This document shows, piece by piece, positions 8,972-16,547 of a stretch of 64,000 bases of DNA. The DNA comes from a virus. Its lineage: Duplodnaviria > Caudoviricetes. Position 1 is the first letter of the stretch, and every line of letters starts with the position of its first letter. The notes beneath the pieces were generated by a model. That model worked only from the letters and a program-made list of their open reading frames with translations. It made no database searches and was not told where the DNA came from. The stretch lies in IMG/VR virus record IMGVR_UViG_3300032092_000009, positions 46,869-110,868 of that record; one strand, given 5' to 3'. Both the position numbers and the translations under genes were made by a program.

Positions 8972-10430
8972 AATACTAATACTATTTATGATAGCTCTGT
9001 CTCTTCGGGGGCAGAGCTTTATTTATTCGTATACAGATCCGTGTACACAGGAGTTAAAGTTTATTAACGCAGACATGTCTAGTCCTATAGTGATTGCTTA
9101 CTACGGACAGGTTAAAACTTTCTCCTACACAGAGTTACAAGATGGTACGTTTGATAATTGGATAAATAGTGTATATTTGAAGTATCAAAGTACATCACCC
9201 TGTCAAGGAGTTGGAGTAACAACTACTACAACTACCACAACAAATACTACCCTAAACATTGTAAGCAATGTTATGAACCTAGGGGCTATTTCAAATGTTG
9301 GTAGTGTAAACGTAGACGTAGGCTCAAGTACCTCTTCAGGAACAAACATAGGAACAACAAAAACCAATAATAACAATGACAATCGAACTAGTTCTCGGAA
9401 TCGTACTAGCAGTAGCTCTAGTCGTTCTAATTCTTCTGGCAGCTCGTCAGGAGAAAATGGAAAATCAAATGATGGAGGAAACTCATCAGAAAATCAAAGT
9501 GGGTCTTCATCCAACTCCAACTCCAGTGGAGAAGGCAGCGGAGAAGGTAATGGAGGAAGCAGTAGCTCCAGCTCCAGTTCCAGTAGTAGTGGAGGAAACT
9601 CCAGTGGTAGTGGAACTAGTGGAAGTAGTAGTGGAAGCTCCCAAGGTGGAGGCGGAAGTGGTGGTAAAACCGAAGAAAAAACGGAAGTACAAACCGAGGA
9701 ACCCACAGAACAAAAAGTAGAAGAAACTAAAACTGAGACTCAAAAATCTCAGTCTACTGGTACTGCAAAAGCTGCAGGAAAAGCTAAAGCCGAAGTTGCT
9801 AAGCCTGCAATCTTAGTAACTGGTGATTTAGTTGGTATTCAGACTAAGTCTGATGGAGCACAAGATGCAAGAGGTACTGCCTCTTTTACTAGAGTAAAGG
9901 GAGACGGTACTTCTTCTCTTGGGTTTTCAGCTGACTACATGGTTAACGCTAGAATAGGAAATATCTCTTGCGTACGTTCCTGGATAGGAGCAAACAAAAA
10001 AGGACACAAACATATCAGTGTTGTATCTGATGGACTTAGCATAATGCCTAAGTCAATGTCAAACACTCTTCTATTTGTAAGAGTTAATTCAGTTAAAAAC
10101 TTTACAGCGCTCTACGGAGCAGCGGGAACCTACGGTAAACTATTTGGAGAAGAAATGATTTCTACCATTGCCATAGGAGGTTTTATGTACAAAGGTAAAC
10201 TTACTAAGAGTATAGACGCTACAGTTATTATGGCTGGTATCTATTCTCCTTATTCTAAGTATTACACAGAGTCTATATTTGAAGCTAAGCCTATTGTTAT
10301 TCCTTTCTTCAACTTTACATATAGAATGACCAAGACTTTTGGTTTAGGTATTACTGGAGGAGGAACATACGTAGCAGGACAGGATATATTGAACTTTCAA
10401 TTATTAATGGGAGCTAAGTTATTAATATGA
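8955..10430 (+). CDS. Secreted protein with Ser/Gly/Asn linker and putative C-terminal outer-membrane beta-barrel
   Basis: GTG start, signal peptide LRG-Q; N-domain with 2 Cys; low-complexity middle; about 200 C-terminal aa with alternating hydrophobic strands. Confidence 0.6.
   Translation: MYLKTKILILFMIALSLRGQSFIYSYTDPCTQELKFINADMSSPIVIAYYGQVKTFSYTELQDGTFDNWINSVYLKYQSTSPCQGVGVTTTTTTTTNTTLNIVSNVMNLGAISNVGSVNVDVGSSTSSGTNIGTTKTNNNNDNRTSSRNRTSSSSSRSNSSGSSSGENGKSNDGGNSSENQSGSSSNSNSSGEGSGEGNGGSSSSSSSSSSSGGNSSGSGTSGSSSGSSQGGGGSGGKTEEKTEVQTEEPTEQKVEETKTETQKSQSTGTAKAAGKAKAEVAKPAILVTGDLVGIQTKSDGAQDARGTASFTRVKGDGTSSLGFSADYMVNARIGNISCVRSWIGANKKGHKHISVVSDGLSIMPKSMSNTLLFVRVNSVKNFTALYGAAGTYGKLFGEEMISTIAIGGFMYKGKLTKSIDATVIMAGIYSPYSKYYTESIFEAKPIVIPFFNFTYRMTKTFGLGITGGGTYVAGQDILNFQLLMGAKLLI
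9376..9720 (+). CDS. Overprinted membrane protein in the +1 frame
   Basis: N-terminal TM (LVLGIVLAVALVVLILLAA), E/V/P-rich linker, basic tail KPKKKRKYKPR; A-rich AACCAA leader. Confidence 0.55.
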   Translation: MTIELVLGIVLAVALVVLILLAARQEKMENQMMEETHQKIKVGLHPTPTPVEKAAEKVMEEAVAPAPVPVVVEETPVVVELVEVVVEAPKVEAEVVVKPKKKRKYKPRNPQNKK

Positions 10431-11410
10431 GGTGGTTAGTTATTCTATTCTTTATTGTAAGCCCTCTAAGTGCACAATTTACTTATTCTGGATACTTGTA
10501 TAATGCAAATGGATCTGGGGCCAACAACGTAGCTATAAAACTGTATAGAAGAACTAACTCAACTATTACAGGCTTTACTAATCAGCAGAACTACAACGGG
10601 CACTCTTATTACCGTTCTACAGGAACTGCATTTTGGACTACAGCCAAGACTAACTGCTCTAATATGGGAGGGCACTTAGTAACTATTACAACTTCAGGAG
10701 AGCAAAGTTTTCTATATAATCTCTGGCCTTCTGGATGGATAGGACTAACAGATGAAGTAACAGAAGGTACTTGGAGATGGGTTACAGGGGAAAGTTATTC
10801 TTATTCTAACTGGAACTCTGGAGAACCTAATAATGCAGGTAACGAAGATTATGTTCAATTTGTATCTAATGGTAGGTGGAATGACTTACCTAATAACTAC
10901 GCACTTCCTTATGTACTAGAGTTTGAGTATTTAGTAACTACTTCTTCTTGGACACTCTACAAGACTATATATACTAACTCTTCGGGTTACTATTCTATTT
11001 CTGAGACTTACGATCCTTCTAAGGAATACTACATTGAGATAGATGCTCCTACCAGAATTCAATCTTATACAACTTCAGACATTCAAGGAGTATCTAATAT
11101 TATTCTCGGAAGGAGTGTAAGGAATGGTTTGTCTTTTCATATGTTTGATGTTAATGAAGACGGAGTAATTTCTATAGCAGATAAGTATTATGTAGCTGCG
11201 AGGAAAGCTGGTTTATTCTCTAGATGGAGAACAGCTCCTGATGTAAGGATCTTTACTACTGCTCAATACAATTCAATTAAAGCAGCAACAACAAACGTAA
11301 GAGCAACCTATCCTGGAGTTACTACTCATACTACAACTACCTTAACCTCAGGGGGAAGTTTAAACTTATATATAATAGCTCCTGGCTATGCTGGAGCAGT
11401 AACCTACTAA
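10427..11410 (+). CDS. Secreted C-type lectin with dockerin-like module
   Basis: Signal peptide LSA-Q; CTLD motifs GHSYY, GGHLVTI, WIGLTD, EG-x-W-x-W, EPN, WND; Ca-loop DVNEDGVISIAD. Confidence 0.85.
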   Translation: MRWLVILFFIVSPLSAQFTYSGYLYNANGSGANNVAIKLYRRTNSTITGFTNQQNYNGHSYYRSTGTAFWTTAKTNCSNMGGHLVTITTSGEQSFLYNLWPSGWIGLTDEVTEGTWRWVTGESYSYSNWNSGEPNNAGNEDYVQFVSNGRWNDLPNNYALPYVLEFEYLVTTSSWTLYKTIYTNSSGYYSISETYDPSKEYYIEIDAPTRIQSYTTSDIQGVSNIILGRSVRNGLSFHMFDVNEDGVISIADKYYVAARKAGLFSRWRTAPDVRIFTTAQYNSIKAATTNVRATYPGVTTHTTTTLTSGGSLNLYIIAPGYAGAVTY

Positions 11411-11412
11411 CT

Positions 11413-11859
11413 ATGAAAAAACTATTTATACTTTGCTTTCTAGTCACTATGATGACTTCTCTGAGTGCTCAATGCTATAAAGTTGACACTGTAACATCAA
11501 TTGCTTCTGTAACAGAAATAGGAGGAAGACCTATAATCTTTGGAGCACAAACAACTTTAGAAGAGATTGCAGCCTCAAAGTACCAACTATGTAATGAGGG
11601 CAGTCCTATTTCAGGAACAATCAAATCCATTGCTATGCCTGAAGAACTCTTAAATATCGTAGGGTTACAGTTTCTTAAGAGAGACTATATTGTAATCACT
11701 GAGATAAATCTAAATGGAGTAACTGTTCTTGGAGAGGCTAAAAAGACTGTCTATGTTAATGCTATGTTTGTTTCTGTAGAAGGTATTCCTCATAACAGAA
11801 AAGCTTATTCTAAGGCATTGGAGAAGTCTTTCAAGAATGGATTTGAGAATTTGAAATAG
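11413..11859 (+). CDS. Secreted hypothetical protein
   Basis: Signal peptide LSA-Q; two Cys in the mature part; last gene of the operon. Confidence 0.7.
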   Translation: MKKLFILCFLVTMMTSLSAQCYKVDTVTSIASVTEIGGRPIIFGAQTTLEEIAASKYQLCNEGSPISGTIKSIAMPEELLNIVGLQFLKRDYIVITEINLNGVTVLGEAKKTVYVNAMFVSVEGIPHNRKAYSKALEKSFKNGFENLK

Positions 11860-11929
11860 TTTTTGTTCCTTCTCATTCTGAGAAGTAGTCTATTTTGACT
11901 TTCTATTCTAACTTATATTGCAGCAGTTT

Positions 11930-12175
11930 TTAACCAAATAGCTCTCGGAGCTAAGTCTCTGTTCTGTCCACTTATTGCCTACGGTCTATTACTTGTAGGT
12001 CAGAGCACTGCAAACTTCATTAGAACATTTTGACACTATCGGAGAAACCTCTTTTCACCTCTGAGGGCTACTCATACTATCCAACTTCTAGCAGATTACT
12101 TTTTAATCCTCGTCTGCGAACATTAAGAAATGGTGTCGGGGGGTCAAAGATAAAGCGACTTACGTGTAAGTAGAT
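11930..12175. ncRNA. Candidate structured intergenic RNA
   Basis: Within the ~350-nt gap with no listed ORF; several stems (gctc/gagc, cctac/gtagg, ctctg/cagag, gacacta/tggtgtc, gcaga/tctgc, gatta/taatc, acttac/gtaagt). Confidence 0.3.
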
Positions 12176-12213
12176 GTCCGTGTGGAAAATTTGTGAAATA
12201 AAAGATAGCTAGA

Positions 12214-12486
12214 TTAGAGTCCAGCTACATTCTGAGCATGCATATAGTCTGTCTGCTGCATAGGTTGATCATCTCCTAGAATAGATTCTAGAGCATAGTC
12301 AATATAATCGAAGAGCATTTCTTCTGTGTACTTCTTTCTATAGGTAAAATCTTTGAATCCTTGATAAAGGGCATCCTTGAATCCACCTATGTCTCCTGCT
12401 ATCTTGACCTCTTCATCCTGTAAGGCTAGAAGGAAGAACTCGAATACTTCTTCTGAGGTCGGCTTTTTAACTTTTTCCATCGACAT
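12214..12486 (-). CDS. Hypothetical acidic protein
   Basis: Likely ATG at 12486 (MSMEKVKK...), downstream of a minus-strand promoter. Confidence 0.65.
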   Translation of the reverse strand: MSMEKVKKPTSEEVFEFFLLALQDEEVKIAGDIGGFKDALYQGFKDFTYRKKYTEEMLFDYIDYALESILGDDQPMQQTDYMHAQNVAGL

Positions 12487-12504
12487 AGCAGTAATTGTTT
12501 GATA

Positions 12505-12534
12505 CAAATATAGGTTTAAATAAAGTTTTGTCTA
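12505..12534 (-). promoter_or_regulatory. Divergent Bacteroidota-type promoter
   Basis: Reverse complement reads TAGAC...TATATTTG with the same spacing as the other promoters. Confidence 0.6.
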
Positions 12535-12643
12535 TAGTGTTTATCTAATTCCCTGAGACATCTAAAATAATTATCTAGGTTACAAATTGAGTTAACACGT
12601 GTAACATTTGATATTAATTACTGGTTTAGACTTAACATTTAAC

Positions 12644-12673
12644 TTGACTTTTTTTGTTACAATCGTATATTTG
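12644..12673 (+). promoter_or_regulatory. Bacteroidota-type promoter of the packaging operon
   Basis: TTGAC at 12644, TATATTTG at 12666-12673. Confidence 0.75.
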
Positions 12674-12697
12674 TTTAGCAAAAAACAAACCAAACCA

Positions 12698-13054
12698 ATG
12701 AAAGTAGCACGTAGATATGAAGAAGGAGTTAAGTTACATCAAGCATATATTGATGTATTGCTCAGACTTGCAGGGTATAGATTATCAGATTTATACACTA
12801 GTATATTAGCCCATAGTTCCTACTACGGCACTTTAGACAAAGAAGTAAAAGAAAGAATCGCTGGTGAGTTTAACACATCAATTCAGGTAATCTCTAATGG
12901 AATTACTAGATTAAGAAAGATGGGCATCTTAGAAAAAAACATAGTCAACCCAAGACTGTGTCCTACTAGCAAGCAAGGTGTTACACTCACATTGGTTCTT
13001 TCAACAGGCAATGGAGTAACTGAGAATAAGGCAGAGAGCGCAATAGCAGTATGA
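12698..13054 (+). CDS. Winged HTH DNA-binding protein
   Basis: ATG at 12698 after an AACCAAACCA leader; KERIAGEFNTSIQVISNGITRLRKMGIL fits an HTH pattern. Confidence 0.65.
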   Translation: MKVARRYEEGVKLHQAYIDVLLRLAGYRLSDLYTSILAHSSYYGTLDKEVKERIAGEFNTSIQVISNGITRLRKMGILEKNIVNPRLCPTSKQGVTLTLVLSTGNGVTENKAESAIAV

Positions 13055-13593
13055 GGAAAGTAAAAGATAGGTATGAAGGTATTGAAATAAAAACTTATGC
13101 AGCTTACTCAGAAGTTGCTAAGGAAACTGGAATGACTATCGACCAAGTAAGCACTATCTACGAATGGTACTTAAAGAAGACCATAGAAGAGATAAGAGAT
13201 CTTCCTACTGTGAAAGTAAGAATGTCTGGCTTAGGAGTACTTGTATTTAATCCTAACAAAGCAATCAAGATCATTGCTACTAAGATTAAGTCTGAGTACT
13301 TGATTACCCAGGAATCCAGAGAAGACTGTACAGCACTTAGAGGATATAACAATTATTATATGCTTAAAGACTGGCTTAGGATTTTCGAAGAAAGGTACGA
13401 AAGAGGAAAGAGCAAGAAACTATACACAGACGTAGTAGTAGATTACATGGACAGAGAATTACTAAGACAAAAACAAAACCACAAAAATTTATATGAATCC
13501 TTACAAAGAGTACATGGCCCTGAGCCTGAAGGGTCTGAAGAATTTGAACAAAGTCTTGGAGGGAGTAGCAACGAAGACAGCGAATCAATTTAA
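13051..13593 (+). CDS. HU/IHF-like DNA-binding protein
   Basis: EVAKETGMTIDQVSTIY...VKVRMSGLGVLVF resembles the HU/IHF N-terminal helices and GFG strand. Confidence 0.55.
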   Translation: MRKVKDRYEGIEIKTYAAYSEVAKETGMTIDQVSTIYEWYLKKTIEEIRDLPTVKVRMSGLGVLVFNPNKAIKIIATKIKSEYLITQESREDCTALRGYNNYYMLKDWLRIFEERYERGKSKKLYTDVVVDYMDRELLRQKQNHKNLYESLQRVHGPEPEGSEEFEQSLGGSSNEDSESI

Positions 13594-13876
13594 ACTATTG
13601 AGTAATGAAAAACAGAACGTTATCGCAGAGAGAATGGATATTTGTATCAAGTGTCCCTACAATTCAACAAACGCAGTCACTTCCCCTGAGTACTTACAAC
13701 TTACGGGCGAACACTACAGCACCACAAGGACAGAACTACACTGTTCGTTTTGTGGTTGCATCTGCACCTACAAAACAGCATCCCTATCTTCGGATTGTGG
13801 AATAGAAACTTGGAATAACTCCAACCCTAACAACCCAGAAAAACACTTAGAACTATTATGGAAAAGAACAGAGTAA
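13493..13876 (+). CDS. Cys-rich putative Zn-binding protein
   Basis: ERMDICIKCP...CSFCGC...KT....C...W pattern. Confidence 0.65.
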   Translation: MNPYKEYMALSLKGLKNLNKVLEGVATKTANQFKLLSNEKQNVIAERMDICIKCPYNSTNAVTSPEYLQLTGEHYSTTRTELHCSFCGCICTYKTASLSSDCGIETWNNSNPNNPEKHLELLWKRTE

Positions 13877-13989
13877 AAAAGACCACAATCAAGAATGGTT
13901 GTGACAAAAAGCCAGGAAGCAAGTGTGGAGTACAAATTTACTTCTTGCCTGCTGACAAACCTCTAACACAGGTTTCTTCTAAAAAATAA
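13858..13989 (+). CDS. Small basic hypothetical protein (43 aa)
   Basis: Manual translation MEKNRVKKTTIKNGCDKKPGSKCGVQIYFLPADKPLTQVSSKK; fills the gap between ORFs. Confidence 0.4.
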   Translation: MEKNRVKKTTIKNGCDKKPGSKCGVQIYFLPADKPLTQVSSKK

Positions 13990-13993
13990 GATT

Positions 13994-14200
13994 ATGGAAA
14001 ACCACCAAGCCCCTAGTCCTCAACCTCACGTAGCCAATACTCTCCAAGATAACTTATTTGAAACATTTAAGATCTTCTGGAAAGCAGGTTACTCTTATGG
14101 AAAGACAGGAAGGGATGAAGATTTCTATGCACGTGTCCTAGAAGACATTATGAATATGAATCAAATTGACTTCCTAAAAAAGTACAACAATGGCAACTAA
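13994..14200 (+). CDS. Hypothetical protein
   Basis: 68-aa ORF tightly packed in the operon. Confidence 0.55.
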   Translation: MENHQAPSPQPHVANTLQDNLFETFKIFWKAGYSYGKTGRDEDFYARVLEDIMNMNQIDFLKKYNNGN

Positions 14201-14507
14201 GAAATTATCATACATATCAGCAGAGTTAGAGTGGGCAGAACAACGCCTAACTGAGTGGAGGGCATACATTGATAACAATCCTATCAACGGACTCAAAGAC
14301 AGGATTGAATGGAAGCCAACAGCTAAAGGAGGAACTATGCCTATGGTTATTGCTAGTCAAGAATCTCAAATCAAGTCTTTAAGAGATACTATGAAAGAGT
14401 ATCTAGCTCTTTTAGAAGTAGTAGATAGATTGAGAGAGAAAGAAGAGCAAAAAGCAGAAGCTAGAGGTTCTCAAGAGATCAATGGTAAGATGAAACAGTT
14501 TAGTTAA
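14190..14507 (+). CDS. Putative terminase small subunit
   Basis: 105-aa helical protein immediately upstream of TerL (positional inference). Confidence 0.45.
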   Translation: MATKKLSYISAELEWAEQRLTEWRAYIDNNPINGLKDRIEWKPTAKGGTMPMVIASQESQIKSLRDTMKEYLALLEVVDRLREKEEQKAEARGSQEINGKMKQFS

Positions 14508-14512
14508 TAGTT

Positions 14513-16522
14513 ATGTATCCAAATCTAGAAAGTCCTGAATTCCTAATCAACGTACACAATCTCCCTGACGCAGACTCAGAGGAGTATACTGCGTTCTGGG
14601 AAAACGAGGACAAAAAGATTACAGAGGGTGTAACTATTAACGGATTCTATTTTTCTCCTTTTATTTACTGGCACTTAAACTACTGGTCCATTTATGTGGA
14701 CACTATGATAGGTAAGCGTCAAGTTCGTAAATTAGATAAACCTCAGTTGTGGGACACCTACTTAGCTGTAGATGAAACTATCAACAAAGCTGAGAATCAC
14801 GAAGACGGAAAGAAAGGAGTTGTTATGGTAGGATCAAGACGTATCTCTAAATCAGTTCTTACTTCTTCCTATATGGCTCACAAGGCTGTAACACAGAAGG
14901 GATCTGACAACTTGATATCTGCGCTTAATCAACCTGACTTAAAAGTAATCACAGACTATGTAGACTTAGGTCTTAGAAACCTTCCTGACTATTTTAGATT
15001 TCCTCGTATTGAGGATGACTGGAAGAAGCAGGTAACTTTAGGTTTTAAAGATAAAAAGACTAACGCTCGTAATGAGTGGTCTAAGTTTCATGTACGTAAC
15101 TTCGATGAAGGTAACAATACGGAAGCAGCGGCAGGTCTTACTCTATCTTCGTTTCTTTTGGAAGAAGGAGGAAAAGGAAAGATCCTTAGTTGTTTAGCGG
15201 CAACTACTCCGTGTTTTGATAGTCCTTATGGATGGCGTTGCTCTCCTTTTGTAATTGGAACTTCTGGAGACATGAGTAAAGCAGCTGACCTAGAAGAACT
15301 TTTCAATAACCCAGAAGCTTATAACTTTCTTCCTGTAGAATCTAACGAATCAGGAAAGTCTTACGGATTGTTTATTCCAGGAACTCGTTCTTTGAAAGTA
15401 CCAAAAGAAGAAAAGCCTTTAGGACTTTACTTAGGTAAGGAAGGTCAGTCCGAGTTAGATCTAATTAAGATCTGGGTAGCAGACGAAGAAAAAGGTAAAG
15501 ACCAGATTCTTAAGTCTAGAGAGCAGATTAAAAAGTCTAGTGGATTAGAGACTTACTTGAAAGAAGTAATGTATTACCCACTAACTCATGAAGAGTGTTT
15601 CCTAGAACTGTCTCAGAATATCTTTCCAGTAGATTTGCTTCAGGAACAATTACAGAAACTAACAGCTCAAGAGATTGTAGCTGACAACGTAGAACTGTAT
15701 ACAGGATCTGAAGGAACTATTAGACACAAGTTTACAGATAAGAAAGCCGTTACAATGTTCCCAGTGAAGCCAACAGATGACATTGAGGGTTGCGTACAGA
15801 TTTGGGAATATCCTCTCTCAGATGCTCCCTATGGGCTTTATACAGCAGGAACGGATCCATACAAACAATCACAGGCTCACTACTCAACTTCTTTAGGGTC
15901 TACTTACATCTACAAAAGGGTACATAGTCTTAACGGAGAAGGGTGGCAGAATATGGTTGTTGCTTGTTACACAGGTCGTCCTAAGAAGATTGAGACTTGG
16001 TACGAGACTACTAAGATGCTTCTTAAGTATTACAATGCTAAGACTCTTTGTGAAAACATGGACTACGGTTTTATCCAACACTGTGTAGATAAGAACGAAT
16101 CTCCCAGAGTACTTGAGAAGACACCTAGATTCTTAAATGATATTCATCCTAACTCTACAGTTAATCGTGACTATGGTATTCACATGACTAAAGATATTAA
16201 AAACTATTTGATGTCCCTCATCATTGAATACATTACCGAAGTAGTAGAGATAGAGAGAGACGCAGATGGAAACATAGTAAAAGAACGCTTAGGAGTAACC
16301 AGAATATTAGACCCTGTACTGATTAAGGAATTAATTAAGTTTACACCTAAGTTAAACGTTGACCGAGTTATATCTTTTGGCTTGACATTAGCAATGGCTA
16401 AATCATTGAACACTCAGGTAATCATATCTGATGCAAGTCAAGACACTAGAATGCAAGCATACTTTAGAGAGAAGAAAGGGAACTCTCTATTCCGTACTAC
16501 CTCATCTCCCTTCCGTTATTAA
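14513..16522 (+). CDS. terL: Terminase large subunit
   Basis: GSRRISKS Walker-A-like, LLEEGG Walker-B-like, GTSGD motif C, nuclease YTAGTDPY and NVDRV, as in crAss TerL. Confidence 0.92.
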   Translation: MYPNLESPEFLINVHNLPDADSEEYTAFWENEDKKITEGVTINGFYFSPFIYWHLNYWSIYVDTMIGKRQVRKLDKPQLWDTYLAVDETINKAENHEDGKKGVVMVGSRRISKSVLTSSYMAHKAVTQKGSDNLISALNQPDLKVITDYVDLGLRNLPDYFRFPRIEDDWKKQVTLGFKDKKTNARNEWSKFHVRNFDEGNNTEAAAGLTLSSFLLEEGGKGKILSCLAATTPCFDSPYGWRCSPFVIGTSGDMSKAADLEELFNNPEAYNFLPVESNESGKSYGLFIPGTRSLKVPKEEKPLGLYLGKEGQSELDLIKIWVADEEKGKDQILKSREQIKKSSGLETYLKEVMYYPLTHEECFLELSQNIFPVDLLQEQLQKLTAQEIVADNVELYTGSEGTIRHKFTDKKAVTMFPVKPTDDIEGCVQIWEYPLSDAPYGLYTAGTDPYKQSQAHYSTSLGSTYIYKRVHSLNGEGWQNMVVACYTGRPKKIETWYETTKMLLKYYNAKTLCENMDYGFIQHCVDKNESPRVLEKTPRFLNDIHPNSTVNRDYGIHMTKDIKNYLMSLIIEYITEVVEIERDADGNIVKERLGVTRILDPVLIKELIKFTPKLNVDRVISFGLTLAMAKSLNTQVIISDASQDTRMQAYFREKKGNSLFRTTSSPFRY

Positions 16523-16547
16523 CTAAAACTAAAATAAATATACTGAA

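Noticed and set aside
9330-9680. Ser/Gly/Asn region as a curlin (CsgA/B) amyloid subunit for the CsgG-like protein
   Set aside because: No regular N-x-A-x-x-x-Q-x-G curlin repeats; the composition is better explained by dual coding
10427-11410. C-type lectin as a diversity-generating retroelement target
   Set aside because: No reverse transcriptase or TR/VR repeat pair seen in the window; the lectin is a canonical EPN/WND type, not a C-terminal Mtd-like variable domain
12608-12697. Upstream TTG extension of the wHTH ORF
   Set aside because: Overlaps the promoter; ATG at 12698 has the typical leader
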